A stretch of DNA of 64,000 nucleotides, taken from NCBI RefSeq assembly GCF_018350175.1, contig NC_058373.1:105774001-105838000 (forward strand), given 5' to 3'. Below the pieces are notes generated by a model, which saw only the letters and a list, made by a program, of their open reading frames with translations, was not told the origin of the DNA and ran no database searches. The position numbers and the translations under genes were made by a program. Position 1 is the first letter of the stretch; each line of letters opens with the position of its first letter. Origin of the DNA: Felis catus. Its lineage: Eukaryota. Shown piece by piece: positions 1 through 12,560 of the stretch.

Positions 1-1530
1 CGATCTCAGACCTTGTAAGTGTGTACCTGTTCTTTCTCGCTCTTTCGGCAGAATGCTTAAGCCAATGTGCCTTCTCTGGAGCCTCAACACATCCAGCTGA
101 GTGCTGACAGCCTCTCTTTTGTTCTTCCAAAGCTGACACTAAAGCTCAAATTTGTGGTCCCTGTCTGGCCCACGTATTTGGCTGACTTTCTGCACTTGTT
201 CAGTAGCCTTGACACATGACTTCACACATGTCAGAAATGTACACAGGGGGCTGGCCATAGGGTAAGGAGAGTGTGTGGGTGAGACACAGAGCCCTGGGGG
301 GCCTGTGGGCCAGTGAGGCGTTCCCAGTGGTCAGAGCTGGGCTTCTTGATGGAATCTGAGACACAGTTAGGATCTGTGTTCCTTTAATGCCCCAAGAGTA
401 CTCTTCAGCCTCTCCCCACCCCCCTGCCCCAGTCACATAGCTCACAATTCAGTCCTCTGAATGTGGTGAGAGAGAAATGCGCCCCTTCGGCAGCATCCCA
501 CACAGAGAAACTCGAGTGCTCACTCTCATTCTCTCTCTTTCCCCCACAGGGTAAAACATAGGCAGAGAAAGATCTTTTTTGGCCCTCAGCTGGGCCACTT
601 TAAGGTAGAGGTGATACAAGCAAAGTCAAATTGTTCCTCTTATCAATTCAAATGTGGCCAAACTTGTTTTGTTTGTCTGATTTTTTTTTTTTTTTTTTCT
701 CTCCAGTGGAGTGCTGGAACTTTTCCTCTGGAAACGTAGAGGTCCACAAAGGTTCTCTCACCTAGGAGTGATTGTCTTAGTCAGTGTTCTCTAGAAAGCA
801 CAGCAGCCAAGGGGAATTAGAGGTGGTTCATAGACCACTGGAGGGTCCACAGCTGGGACCAAGGCTTCTCTGCCTATTACCTGGCATACAGGTGGGCTAG
901 ATGCCTCTTGGGTCCCTTGGTATATGGGGCTGGATCCCACAGCTCCCTCAAAGGCACTCTTGTCCATGGATGGATGCCAAATTTTTGTTGTTGGGGGAAC
1001 AGGGCCAAAAACAAGGGATATCTTATGCTACCATGATGCTGATATCACTCCCTACACAGTATTTTTTAAAATTTTATTATCTCTTTAGCTTCAAAATTAT
1101 AGACACCTCTCTGTGATGGTATTTTAAAAAGCTACTTAATGAAGTCTAATGACTTAATTGTATTCCATTCTTTTCATAATTTACTTATGTTTAAATTATT
1201 ATAATGTATCTACAATTATATCATGTTAAATTATATTTATATTAATAATTTAAACAAACTATTCACAAACTTTTTAAATCTCTCCTGCCCATTCACAAAC
1301 TTGTAAACAGAACTTTAATAGTGGTTAAAATGGATTTGTCATGATAATGAAACATGCTAAAAAGAAAAAAACTGTATATATTCTGTATAACTTCTAATCG
1401 TTTTACATTTTTTAAGCATCTAGCAAAACTTTCATATTATTATGGGTACATGTGAATTTTCATCTTTAGCATTTAACAGTTAGTTTGTTCTTATTGCTAG
1501 TTATATATTGTGTAAAGAAGTTTTATTTTT

Positions 1531-1754
1531 TTAATTTTTTTTTAATTTTTTTTTTAATGTTTATTTATTTTTGAGACAGAGACAGAGCATGAACGGGGGA
1601 GGGGCAGAGAGAGAGGGAGACACAGAATCTGAAACAGGCTCCAGGCTCTGAGCTGTCAGCACAGAGCCCGACGCGGGGCTCGAACTCACGGACCGTGAGA
1701 TCATGACCTGAGCCAAAGTCGGATGCTTAACCAACCGAGCCACCCAGGCGCCCC
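1531..1754 (-). mobile_element. CanSINE (felid type)
   Basis: Full SINE body; 16-bp TSD AAGAAGTTTTATTTTT at 1515 and 1755. Confidence 0.95.
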
Positions 1755-2744
1755 AAGAAGTTTTATTTTTGAGTGAGGGGCCAGAAACTGTTGTATGCAG
1801 TTTGTTTACTATCTTATCCCCAGTTGTAATAATTCTCTGGCTTACAGAACACAACTTTATTCGCTGTAAAAGTTAAATATGTAAAAACTGATTTATGTAA
1901 TCTTGTTTCATAAATGGGGAGACAGGCACTAAGAACAAAAAACTAAGTCTAAAATATTTTAAACATTTGGGATCAAGTGATTAGCTTTAGCCGACAATTA
2001 CAGAACTTTGGGGGTGGGGGAAATATTGTAATATCTGAATAGTTTTTTTTTTTTTAAGTCACATGTATGAATAAGTATTTGTTTAGAGATTTGCAATATG
2101 TAGTTTAGTTTTACAATATTATCATCTGGTCCTCAAGACAACCCCATTTGTGGTGGGGGAAGGTGGGGAGGCTATTACTATCTAAAACAATAGAAACAAA
2201 CTGATAGGGTCGAGATTTCCAACATCAGAGCCAAAATCTAAGTCTTCTGCTTCTCTCCATATCACTACTCTGTACAATAGATTGTTTCATACATTCACAT
2301 ACAACAATATTTCTCAGGCCTGTAGAATGAAAGAGTGCTATGTGAATTGTGTTGAGCTTAGGGCAAGATACTCAATAATAAACTTAGACAAGCAGGCTTA
2401 CAAGATCTTGTCCATTTTTGCTAAAACCAGCACTCCATGATGCTTTATATAACTTTGAAGTGTTTGGACCAAATGGATGTGGTCCTGTGGCGACTCAGGG
2501 TGGATCATAAAGATAACTTTGGTCAAACTTAAATGGCTTCTTTGCTGTCCTTTCCCCTGGGCCCACATTCATGTGTAACTGATAAGAGGGAAAGAATGGC
2601 AGGTTTAGACAAATGCCTGTTAGGAAAGTGTAAGCACCAAAAGAAGAGTGTTTGCCTCAATACTGAGTGGAGACTAAGACTTCTCAAGGCAATGTAGCCT
2701 CCAAGTTGATGCAGATCTTTCGGCCTGTGGGACAAAAGAGTATT

Positions 2745-3135
2745 ATTAGTCAGCTAGGACCACCATAATAAAATACTACAGATTTGGTGGCTTCCACAAC
2801 AGAAACCTATTTACTCCCATTCTGGAGACTAGAAGTCCAAGGTCAAGGTGCAGACAGATTTGATTTCTCCTAAAGCATCTTTCCTTGGCTTCCAAATGGC
2901 TGCCCTCGCATTGCCTCTTCACAAGGCTGTCCTGGGAAGCCCCTGGTGTCAGCCCCTGCTGTCTTTCCTAATCTGTTTTTATGAGGAAATCACTCAGATT
3001 AGACTAGGGCCCACTCCCCTGCCCTCATTTTAACTTAATTACCTTTTTAAAGGCCCTATCTTCAAATATGGTCACATTCTGAGATAGTAGGGGTTAGGGC
3101 TTCCCCATGAATTTGAGACGATAGAGTTGATCCTA
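2745..3135. mobile_element. MLT1 (MaLR) solo LTR
   Basis: Typical motifs caacagaaacctattt...ttctggagactagaagtccaaggtcaagg...aaggccctatcttcaaatatggtcacattctgag. Confidence 0.8.
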
Positions 3136-4978
3136 TAACTGAATCCGAAGATAGAAAAACTTCCAGGAGGTAGACACAGTGAGTATACACACCGAGCCCT
3201 TGGTCCTGGAGTGTTCCCTACCTGGACACAATGGTAGGGAAGAAGTGGATTGGGGATCCCTTAGCCCTCACTACAAACTAGCTTTCTCAGCCTTTTTGTT
3301 TCTTCTGTTAACCCAGTGGACATAAAGACATAGGGTGTGATCAGCCAGGCCTGCTGCTGTGCCTCTCAGGGAAATCTGTATATGCTTTCAAGGACCTCTT
3401 CAACGACCTTTCTCTCCTCTCCTGTAAACCCACCTAGTAACAGAAACGATCAGATCCTTAGGTCAAACCCTCCCTGGTGTGGTCTTCAGAAGCCTTGAAA
3501 TCAGGTTAAGATAGTCCATAATCACTGTCAGTGCTATATCACAACAGGGCCAAATCCAATTCATTCCATTTCCCCTCTCAAATAAAGCTCCCACAATCTT
3601 GCCCATCCACACTCAGGAAAGCTTATAAAAACTACACTAGATATTATCAGAATTCAAATAAGACATTTCCAACATTTGAAATGCTCAACTTCTGTCTGAA
3701 TGTGATTTCATGTAATAAAATGAGAACATTCTCATTATGCTCAGAGAGAAATGAATGCTTCAACACGTCTTGATTCCACAGGAAAATAAAATCCACAAAA
3801 TCTATACCAAATGTCTGTCTGCTGCCTTTTTCCCCTAAATTTTCTCTATATCATCCAGGAGGGCTTGGGGGAGGGGGTACTTCCCAGTTGGGGGCCCTTC
3901 CAATGTTGGTTGATTCCAAAGCCCTTCCCCATGTGTCCCCCTTTCTAGCGTTCAGAATAATCTACAAATATTAAATTGTGCCCCCACAAAAGAAAATACA
4001 GTACACATCAGGATCTAATGTGACCACAACAACTAATTACTATAAAAACCTAAATCTCCTTAGGCAATAGTGTTTTTAAAACTCAGCCCTGTCATTGTGG
4101 TACTTAGAATTCACAGTCCCCGGTGTTATGAAGTAAATTATATGTAAATATAAGTAAATGATATTTTTTATGTAAATGAAAAACAAGTTTTCCAAATGTT
4201 GATTTATCAAAGCTTGGTGAAGGCCTAAAATATGTCTTTTTTTTCCCCTTTTTTTGCTTTGCATCTCTTATAATGCTGGCTGGCAGTATGGGCAAAAGAT
4301 GCTGGATGAATGATGACTTTATAATAAATGGGCAGAGACTTGAGTCATGATAAAAAAAAGAAAGTGAGAAGGAAGAAATTAAATTACAAGATGAATGTCT
4401 TGATTCTGCTTGAAAATGTAAATATGGTTTTTTTTCTGTGGGGTTCTCTAAACAGTAAATGATCCATTCACTGATGCCAGTCAGTGACCTGATCTTCTAC
4501 GAAGCTGACACTTTGTTTAATTCACCTTATAATGCAAGCACACAGAAAGGTGTAGAGCTTAGTCTGGATGAGGTGTCCTGGAGTAGGCTGGGGGTATGTG
4601 GGCCGCACCTAGAACAATGGAGAACTGTAGCCTGATACCTAGGCAAGGGCGATCTTAGAAGGAAGAGGGTCAAGTTAAAGTGTTACATAGAAGTTAATCT
4701 TAAATCATGGTGTAGACGCAGAGACTAGGAAACAAGGAGAGAATAGGAGAGAAGATGAGAGATGACAGAACACAGGATGATAGGAGGTAGACTGGTAGAG
4801 CCTGGACAAACTCCTAGGGGCAGGATTATTCAAAGGCATGATCCCTTTATAGTAAGGGCCCCAAGCCTTTCAGCGGTGAAGGAGTAAATAAGAACTCTAA
4901 GTTAGTAGAACAAACAGTTTTTTAATGTTTCTGGTCTGTGATGTAAATGCTAACATTTTATCTCTTTTTCTAATATAG

Positions 4979-5145
4979 TTTAGAAAAGTGTTTACCTTGG
5001 GTATTTTTCATCATGATTGGATTCCGTTTCTTTCTGGTATTACCACCATCTGTTTTCATGTAATTAGAGAATTGGACTTAACTTGAAGGAGTTTATTATT
5101 CATTCACCACCATAACTGCAATTGGTTTTGGAGACTATACAGTAG
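4979..5145 (+). pseudogene. Gene A exon 4 (M3, pore 2)
   Basis: LEKCLPWVFFIMIGFRFFLVLPPSVFM*LENWT*LEGVYYSFTTITAIGFGDYTV then G|GTGAG; TAA stops at 5061 and 5079; the exact acceptor position is uncertain by a few nt. Confidence 0.92.
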
Positions 5146-5639
5146 GTGAGGCTTAATAATTTTGAAATAAGGTTAGCTATCATAGAAACAGATTGAAACA
5201 GGATGTAAAATAAATGATCAAAGGGAAATTTTAACAGATTTCTTTAAGAGAGAAGATAGAGGTCAACCCCTTTTACATAAATGATCTTCATTGTATAAAT
5301 AAACTCACCCTGTCCAGCTCCCTCTCTCCGCACACCACAGTGATCACTGACCATGGGAATAAGATACAGAGTAATTCCTGTAAACTAAGTATCTCTGCTT
5401 GATCACACATAAGCAAAAGACATATATAATCAAAACACCAGGCTTAAGTGATTAACCCTATAGCATGTACCTTATATAAATTTTTCAGAAAGCATTTCAG
5501 ATTGCTTCCTAAAATAAAGGGGGGAAAGGAAATGGATAGATCCATACAGACCCTAAATGTTTTCATAAATAGCTGAGTCAAGATTAAATAGCGCATAAGT
5601 CCTTTTGGATATAGATTTGTAAGCTAGTACTTTAATAAC

Positions 5640-7440
5640 TCCATTTCATTCTCTGGTTTCCATCGATTTCTGATAAGTCAACTGTTAGTTTTATTGTTGG
5701 TCCTTTGAGGTCCAGAGCCGTCCCCTTGCACCTCATACTTCCCCAGCACCACACCTGCTTTTAAGCTTTTCTCTTTGTCTTTGATTTTCAGCAATTTATT
5801 ATCTACTTCAATGTGGTTTACTTTGTATTTATTTTGCTTGGGGATCACACAGATTATTGAATTGAGGAATTGATATTTTTCATCTGTTTTGAAAATTCTC
5901 AGCTACTATCTGTTCAAATATTGAGTATTCCTTGTTGTCTGGGACACTAATTACATGAATGTAAGACCTCCTCACTGGGTTTCACATGTTCTGATGTACT
6001 TTCTGTGTTTTCCTTTTTTTTTTTTTCTTTTGTCTTCTCTTAAGATATTTTTTGTTAACCTTCTAGTTTACTAATTCTAATTTCTATATGTAATGTGCTT
6101 TTAAATCCATTTATTGAGTTCTTAGTATCATATTTTTTTTTTTTAGTTCTAAATTGTGCTTTTGTTCTCCCACCCTTTCGGTGTATTTGAATTCTCCGGT
6201 GAAATTCTTCATCTTTCCATCTATTTTTCCATATTATCTTATATTTAAGAATATATAATCATGGTTATTGTCAAGTTCTTATCTACTAATTTCAATATCT
6301 GGAACACCTGTAGGCCTATTGAATAGTCTTTTTTTCTTCTGATTTTTGGCCATATTGCCCTGTCTCTTGGCATGCCTGCTAATTTCTGGTGGGAGGCTGT
6401 ACATTGCATATTTTAAAAATTGTAGTTGCTTCAGGTAATGTTATCTTCCTGTGGAGAGGTTTTACTGTTTCCTCTGTTAAACATATAGAGATATAGGAGT
6501 GTGGGAGGATAATTGAACACTTTAATTCAGTCAAGGAATGATCTGATTTGAGACTAGATTGAAAATTTGGTAAGGCTGGGGCACCTGGGTGGCGCAGTCG
6601 GTTAAGCGTCCGACTTCAGCTCAGGTCACGATCTTGCGGTCCGTGAGTTCGAGCCCCGCATCAGGCTCTGGGCTGATGGCTCAGAGCGGAGCCGGCTTCC
6701 GATTCTGTGTCTCCTTCTCTCTCTGCCCCTCCCCCCTTCATGCTCTGTCTCTCTCTGTTTCAAAAATAAATAAACATTAAAAAAAATTTTAAAAAATAAA
6801 AAAATAAAAAAATAAAAAAGAAAATCTGGTAAGGCTTAGTCTCCTTTTGGTTTCTTCTTATTCCCAAATCATAGTTCTTCATGACCTTCAAATGAAAGCC
6901 TGTTGTGTTCAGAGGGTCATTCCCTTAGGTTGATCTTGAGGCTAATTCTTTTGTTTCCTGATGCTTGGATCTACTGGAAATTCTGTTTTGCTTTTTAAGG
7001 TCTTTGGCTTAACTTTTTAGCCTTCAACCTCATGCAGCTTCAGAATATGGCAGTATATTGGAGGGGAAAATGAACTGTAGATTTCAAACCCTTAAATCTG
7101 CAACTTTGTCAATCTAGCCATGTAGGACTACCAAAAGCTCTGCTGATGTCCCTGTTCCTCAGTCATGTCTTTCTTCTTAGATAAAGCCCAGATCCATAAC
7201 CTCTTGCCTGTGCCCAGAATTAGCAAAAATGCCAAGGGAAAAAACAGTTGCAGATTTTCTGCCTTATTTTCCTTACCTGGTATCTTAATCTTTTTAGTCT
7301 TTATTACTTTAGCAACTCTTTAGTGCCTTTAAACGTACAATCTTTTAAAATTTATCTGATTTCTCTAGTTCTCATCTGGAGCATTGTTCTATCACTAGCT
7401 ACTCCATTCTACCCAGAAATGAAAGAGTCCCCATAATATT
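5640..7440 (-). mobile_element. Old L1 fragment (ORF1/5' region)
   Basis: T-rich degenerate L1-like sequence (gaaaattctcagctactatc..., ttaaatccatttattgagttc); boundaries approximate. Confidence 0.6.
6578..6819 (+). mobile_element. CanSINE
   Basis: GGGGCACCTGGGTGGCGCAGTCGG...poly-A; TSD GAAAAT(T/C)TGGTAAGGCT. Confidence 0.95.
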
Positions 7441-7551
7441 TATTTTTAATCTAAATAGGACTAAAAATTAAATCATGAATAACATCTAGGTTGATAACTT
7501 TATAAAAATAAACATTTTGAGGCTACACCTAAAACTGTAAGAACTATTTTT

Positions 7552-7618
7552 TAAATGTTTATTTATTTTGAGAAAGAGAGAGCATGCACAAGCAGGGGAG
7601 AGGCAGAGCGAGAGCGAG

Positions 7619-7649
<31 letters not shown>

Positions 7650-8002
7650 ATCCCAAGCAGATTCCATGCTCGGTCCAGAGCCCAAAATGGGGCGTGATCC
7701 CATGACCATGAGATCATGACCTGAGCCGATATCAAGATTCAGATGCTCAACTGACTGAGCCACCCTGGCAGCCCTCTAAGAACTATTTTTAAATTTTTTT
7801 TTTCAACGTTATTTATTTTTGGGACAGAGAGAGACAGCATGAACGGGGGAGGGGCAGAGAGAGAGGGAGACACAAAATCGGAAACAGGCTCCAGGCTCTG
7901 AGCCATCAGCCCAGAGCCTGACGCGGGGCTCGAACTCACGGACCGCGAGATTGTGACCTGGCTGAAGTCGGACACTTAACCGACTGCGCCACCCAGGCCC
8001 CC
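7552..8002 (-). mobile_element. Two tandem CanSINEs (older 7552-7774, younger ~7794-8002)
   Basis: Two SINE bodies separated and flanked by three copies of TAAGAACTATTTTT. Confidence 0.93.
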
Positions 8003-8195
8003 TCTAAGAACTATTTTTAAATATCACTCAGAAAAGTCTGTTACATTTTTCCCAGAGCAGAGATAGTTGGTACTTTCTAGGCATTCCCATAGAAATTTTC
8101 TACTAATTTTATTCTAGAATTTTTCATCTTATATTATGTAGCTTACTACCCATTTTTCTAATCATATTCTCTTATCATAAAAAGAATAATAATTC

Positions 8196-8424
8196 AGGGC
8201 GCCTGGGTGGCTCAGTCGGTTGAGCGTCCAACTTCGGCTGAGGTCATGATCTCGCGGTTGATGAGTTCAAGCCCCGCGTCGGGCTCTGTGCTGATGACTC
8301 TGTGCTGATGGCTCAGAGCCTGGAGTTTGCCACAGATTCTGTCTCCCTCTCTCTCTCTGCCCCTTCCCCGCTCATGCTCTGTCTCTCTCTGTCTCAAAAA
8401 TAAATAAACATTAAAATTTTTTTT
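8196..8424 (+). mobile_element. CanSINE with a short internal duplication
   Basis: TSD AAAAGAATAATAATTC; CTCTGTGCTGATG is duplicated. Confidence 0.93.
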
Positions 8425-9305
8425 AAAAGAATAATAATTCTATCAGCTCCTATCAATATGTTACCTGAATTCTCTACATCTAAAAAAAATCTTCACCCAC
8501 TTGACATAATTAGTATGTATAATTCTGTATCCTTTTATGTAGATCAGGATTTCCCTAAGTCATTAAAAAGTCTTCATAAATGGAAATACCTGCTATTTTA
8601 AATAAAATTTAATATTTCACTTACAGCTGATTTTAAAGTTCTTGTCAGCTATTTCAACATTTTCTATCATTTCTGAGTTTATTTCTATTGATTGATTTTT
8701 TTTCCTCCTGGATAAGGATATTTTCCTGCTTCTTCGCATGGCTGGTGAGATTATTTCTGATTCAAATATTGACTTTGTTTCATGTTGCTTTTACCACACC
8801 ACCGGGAGCTGCCAAAACCAATCCTCTAGTGTTCTAGAATCGGAAAATACCTTCAAAGAAAAAATGGCTTAGGTACTTTGGTATTCATAACGTGGCCCAG
8901 TATTTCCCTAAACTTTTATGTTTTCTGATGACTTTAACATTTTAAAATATGTAATCAAATGTTTTCATTTGTCTTTAGTGTAGAAAGTTGGTCTAAATAT
9001 CCTTGGTTGCCAATACCATAAATGGAAGTTTCTTTAAATATGCTTTCTTTTGAAATTGAGATGTAACTTAACTATGGTAAAATACAGATATAAGTATTCA
9101 GTTCAGTGACATTTGGTTAGCATATGCCTCGGTACAACCGCTCAGAAAACAGTATATAGAATATCTCAGTGTTGTGATCGCTCTGGAGAGGCAGAATAGA
9201 CCTTGTAACAAAAGTTGGTTTAGATGTTGAGATGATGCCACACACATACCCCAGGAGTATATGGGGAGTAGTGGTAGACTGTTGTATATAGAGTAATGTG
9301 TAATA

Positions 9306-9642
9306 CAGTTGACCGTCGAACAACATGGGGGCTAGGGGCACTGACCCCTGCACAATCAAAAAATGCATGTACAATTTTGGACTCCTCCAAAACTTAACTA
9401 CTAATAGCCTACTGTTGACTGATGGCTTTACCAATAACATCAACGGTTGATTAACACATATTTTGTATGTCCTATCTATTATACATCGTATTCTTACAAT
9501 AAAGTAAGCTAGAGAACAGAACATTTATTAACATCGTAAGGAAGAGAAACACATTTACAGTACTGTACTGTGTTTATTTTTTAAGAAGCTGGGTATAAGT
9601 GGACCCATGCAGCTCAAATCCATGTTGTTCAAGGGTTAGCTG
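9306..9642. mobile_element. Tigger2-family non-autonomous DNA transposon
   Basis: TIRs CAGTTGACCGTCGAACAACATGG and CCATGTTGTTCAAGGGTTAGCTG, flanked by TA on both sides. Confidence 0.85.
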
Positions 9643-10549
9643 TAGTGGTATAAAGTCATCACACATGATGAAGCTTTTTGGGTAGAGCAGGACAACTCTC
9701 AAGCAGGTCTACAAATTGCCCGAGAGAGCAAGAAAGAGTGGCTGGCTTTGGCTTTTACCGTGATGAGGGCGTGGGGAAGGGATGAACCCCCCCCCCCCCG
9801 AGTGGGCCAGTGTCAGTGTGGTTGAACTTCCCACCATCAGCAAGGGAGGGAACATGAGGGCTTTCTTGTAAGTTTGCCCAGATGTGAACCAAGACAGAAA
9901 GAAGGAGAGATGAGGCTTGGAAACTGTCAGCAAATACCAAAAATGAAGCCAGATTTTGTCACATTCCGTCACCTCAACAGTATCATTATGATCCTTTACT
10001 ATCAATTCCTGCAATGAATTCAGATTCCTGAACTGATCGAGGGGTTGGATATGACCCTAAGGTGGCAGTAGCATGCATGAGCTTTACTTGAGCTGCACTC
10101 TGACAGGTTTGCAGGTAGGGTAAATTCCTCACCACATGAAAGCATCTAGAGGCTACAACATGGAGGCCATTGCCCAGGACAGGAGAGAAAGGGAACTTCT
10201 GAGCAGAGGAGAATCAGGGGGTCTTGTGGATCTAGGCAGTGTTGCTCAGCAGCCTGGAGTTAGGGTCTCTGTGTGGGAGAGCTCTAAGAGCAGCAGTGGT
10301 TTGGAGGCTTTTATAGCTACTATGTTTATCTTATGGTTACCAGGTGCTGGGTACAGTTTCACAGGATGTGCAAAGCATGCAGGTGCTAAATGACTAAAAA
10401 TTGGCTTAGTTAGGCTATTTTTAAAACAGTCAGGTGTAGAATAGTTCGAGTTAGTGCTTGTGGGCTTTTGAGCCAGTGGCCCGGCCTTCTGTGAATAAAT
10501 AACATAGGGCTAATATACAAAAATTTTCTTTGGCTCATTTCTATAACAC

Positions 10550-12399
10550 TTCCCTCTCATTCAAAGAAGCAACCACTTTCTGATTTCTGTCAGCGGAGTT
10601 ATTTTGCATGTTTCAAATTTCAAATGAATAGTAGTATAGAGTATGCTTTTGTGCTTGTCTACTTTTGCTTGATGTGTTTTTGAGATTCATTCACACTTTT
10701 GCATTGTTAGTTCATTGTTTTTGTATTGCTGTATAGTATTACATTGCATGAATATACCACAATTTAAAAGATCTAGTCTCTGGTTGATGGACATTTGGGT
10801 TGTCTCCAATTTTTGGCTATTATAAATAAGGTTGCTACGAACATTTCATACAAGTTTTTGTGAATCTGTGTTTTAATTTTTTCTGAGTAATTAGGTAAGG
10901 GTGGAATTTTATCGGATCATAAGTTGATGTATATTAACTTTATAAAATAAAGCTAAAATCGTTCTTCAAAGGGGTTATATCATGTTACACTTTCATCAGC
11001 AATATATGAGAGTTCTAACTGTCCTACAAACTTACCAATATTTGGTATCGTTTGTTTTTTCTGAATTTGACCATTGCAATGGGTATGAAATTATATGTCA
11101 TTGTGGGTTAGTTTGCATTTCCCTGGTGACAAATATGGCTGAGCACATTTTTATGTGCTTATTGGTCATTCACACATCTTGCAGTGTGAATTTTTTCCAA
11201 CTATTTTATTGATCCTAGGTATTTCTTCTTTTAAATTTACAGATAGTAAAATTCACATTTTTATATGTAATTCAGTGAATTTTGAAAAACGCATGAAGTG
11301 CATGTAAGCACTACAAAGAGGATACAGATGGTTCAAATACCCCACCTGTAACACGTATGTGCACGCACACATACAAATTTCTCCTGTGCTAACCTTTTAT
11401 AATCGAATCCCCTCCTTCTCATTAGTCCTTAGCAACTACTTATTTATTCTCAGAATGTTATTTAAATGGAATGATACAGAATGTTGAGTTGTTAGACTGG
11501 TTTCTTAGCATAATGTATAGGAGATTCATCCTTATTGTTGCATATATCAATAATTCTTTTTTTTTTTTTTTTCAATGCTGAGTAGTTTCCCTGGTATGGG
11601 ATATACCATTTGTTTATTCAGTCCCTAGATGAGGGACAGTTGTGTTGTTTCCAGTTTGGTGCAATTATGAATAGCACTGCTATAGATATTTACATATAGT
11701 TTTTTTGCAACAAACTTAGGTTTCCATTTATGTTGAATAAACAGCCAGGGGTGAAACTTCTGGGTCATATGATAAATGTATCTGTATAAAAAAATTACCA
11801 GATTATTTTCTAAGTATCTGAACAACTTTAATTCCCAATAGCAATATAGGAGAATTTGTTATTGTTCAACCTTTGGATTATGCCTTTTCCCTCTCTCTCT
11901 CACTCTCTCTCTCTTTTAACTGTAACCATTTTAATGGATTCGTGGGGGATCTCTTTGTAGTTTCAGTTTGCAAGTCCTTAGTACCTAATGATATCGAATG
12001 TCTTTTCATGTGCTTATTTGAAATCTGCATTCTTCTCTTTTGAAATTTGTTCAAACCTTTTGTTTTCTTACTGAGTTTTAAGAATTCTTTGTATATTCTG
12101 GATACAAGTCCTTGGCTAGATATAGTATTTGAAAATATTTTTTAATATAATTTATTGTCAGGTTGGCTTCCATACAGCACCCAATATTTACTTCCAGTCT
12201 ATAATTTGTCTTTTAGTTCTTTTATCAATCTCTTTTGCAGATCAAAAGCTTTTAATCTTAACTGAGAACAAACTGAGGGTTGATGGGGGGTGGGAGGGTG
12301 GGTGATGGGTATTGAGGAGGGCACCTTTTGGGATGAGCACTGGGTGTTGTATGGAAACAAATTTGACAATAAACTTCATATATTGAAATAAATAAATAA

Positions 12400-12430
<31 letters not shown>

Positions 12431-12560
12431 CCAAAAGGAAAAACAAAAGCTTTTAATATTAATCAAATATCACTTACCATTTCTGCCTGATGGACCATGC
12501 TTTTTATATCATAAGAACATCTTGCCTAGTCCCAGGTCCCAAAGATTTCAAACGGAGATC
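10550..12560 (-). mobile_element. Old L1 3' fragments (at least two)
   Basis: gttgatggacatttgggttgtctccaa, gtttgcatttccctggtgac, ttctttgtatattctggatacaagtcc. Confidence 0.8.
12260..12444 (+). mobile_element. Short young felid L1 3' end with a (GATA)n tail
   Basis: gagggcaccttttgggatgagcactgggtgttgtatggaaac; TSD AAAAGCTTTTAAT. Confidence 0.85.

Noticed and set aside
3240..3300. LGIP* motif as gene A exon 3
   Set aside because: No upstream GYG..P.T..G..FC and no suitable splice sites.
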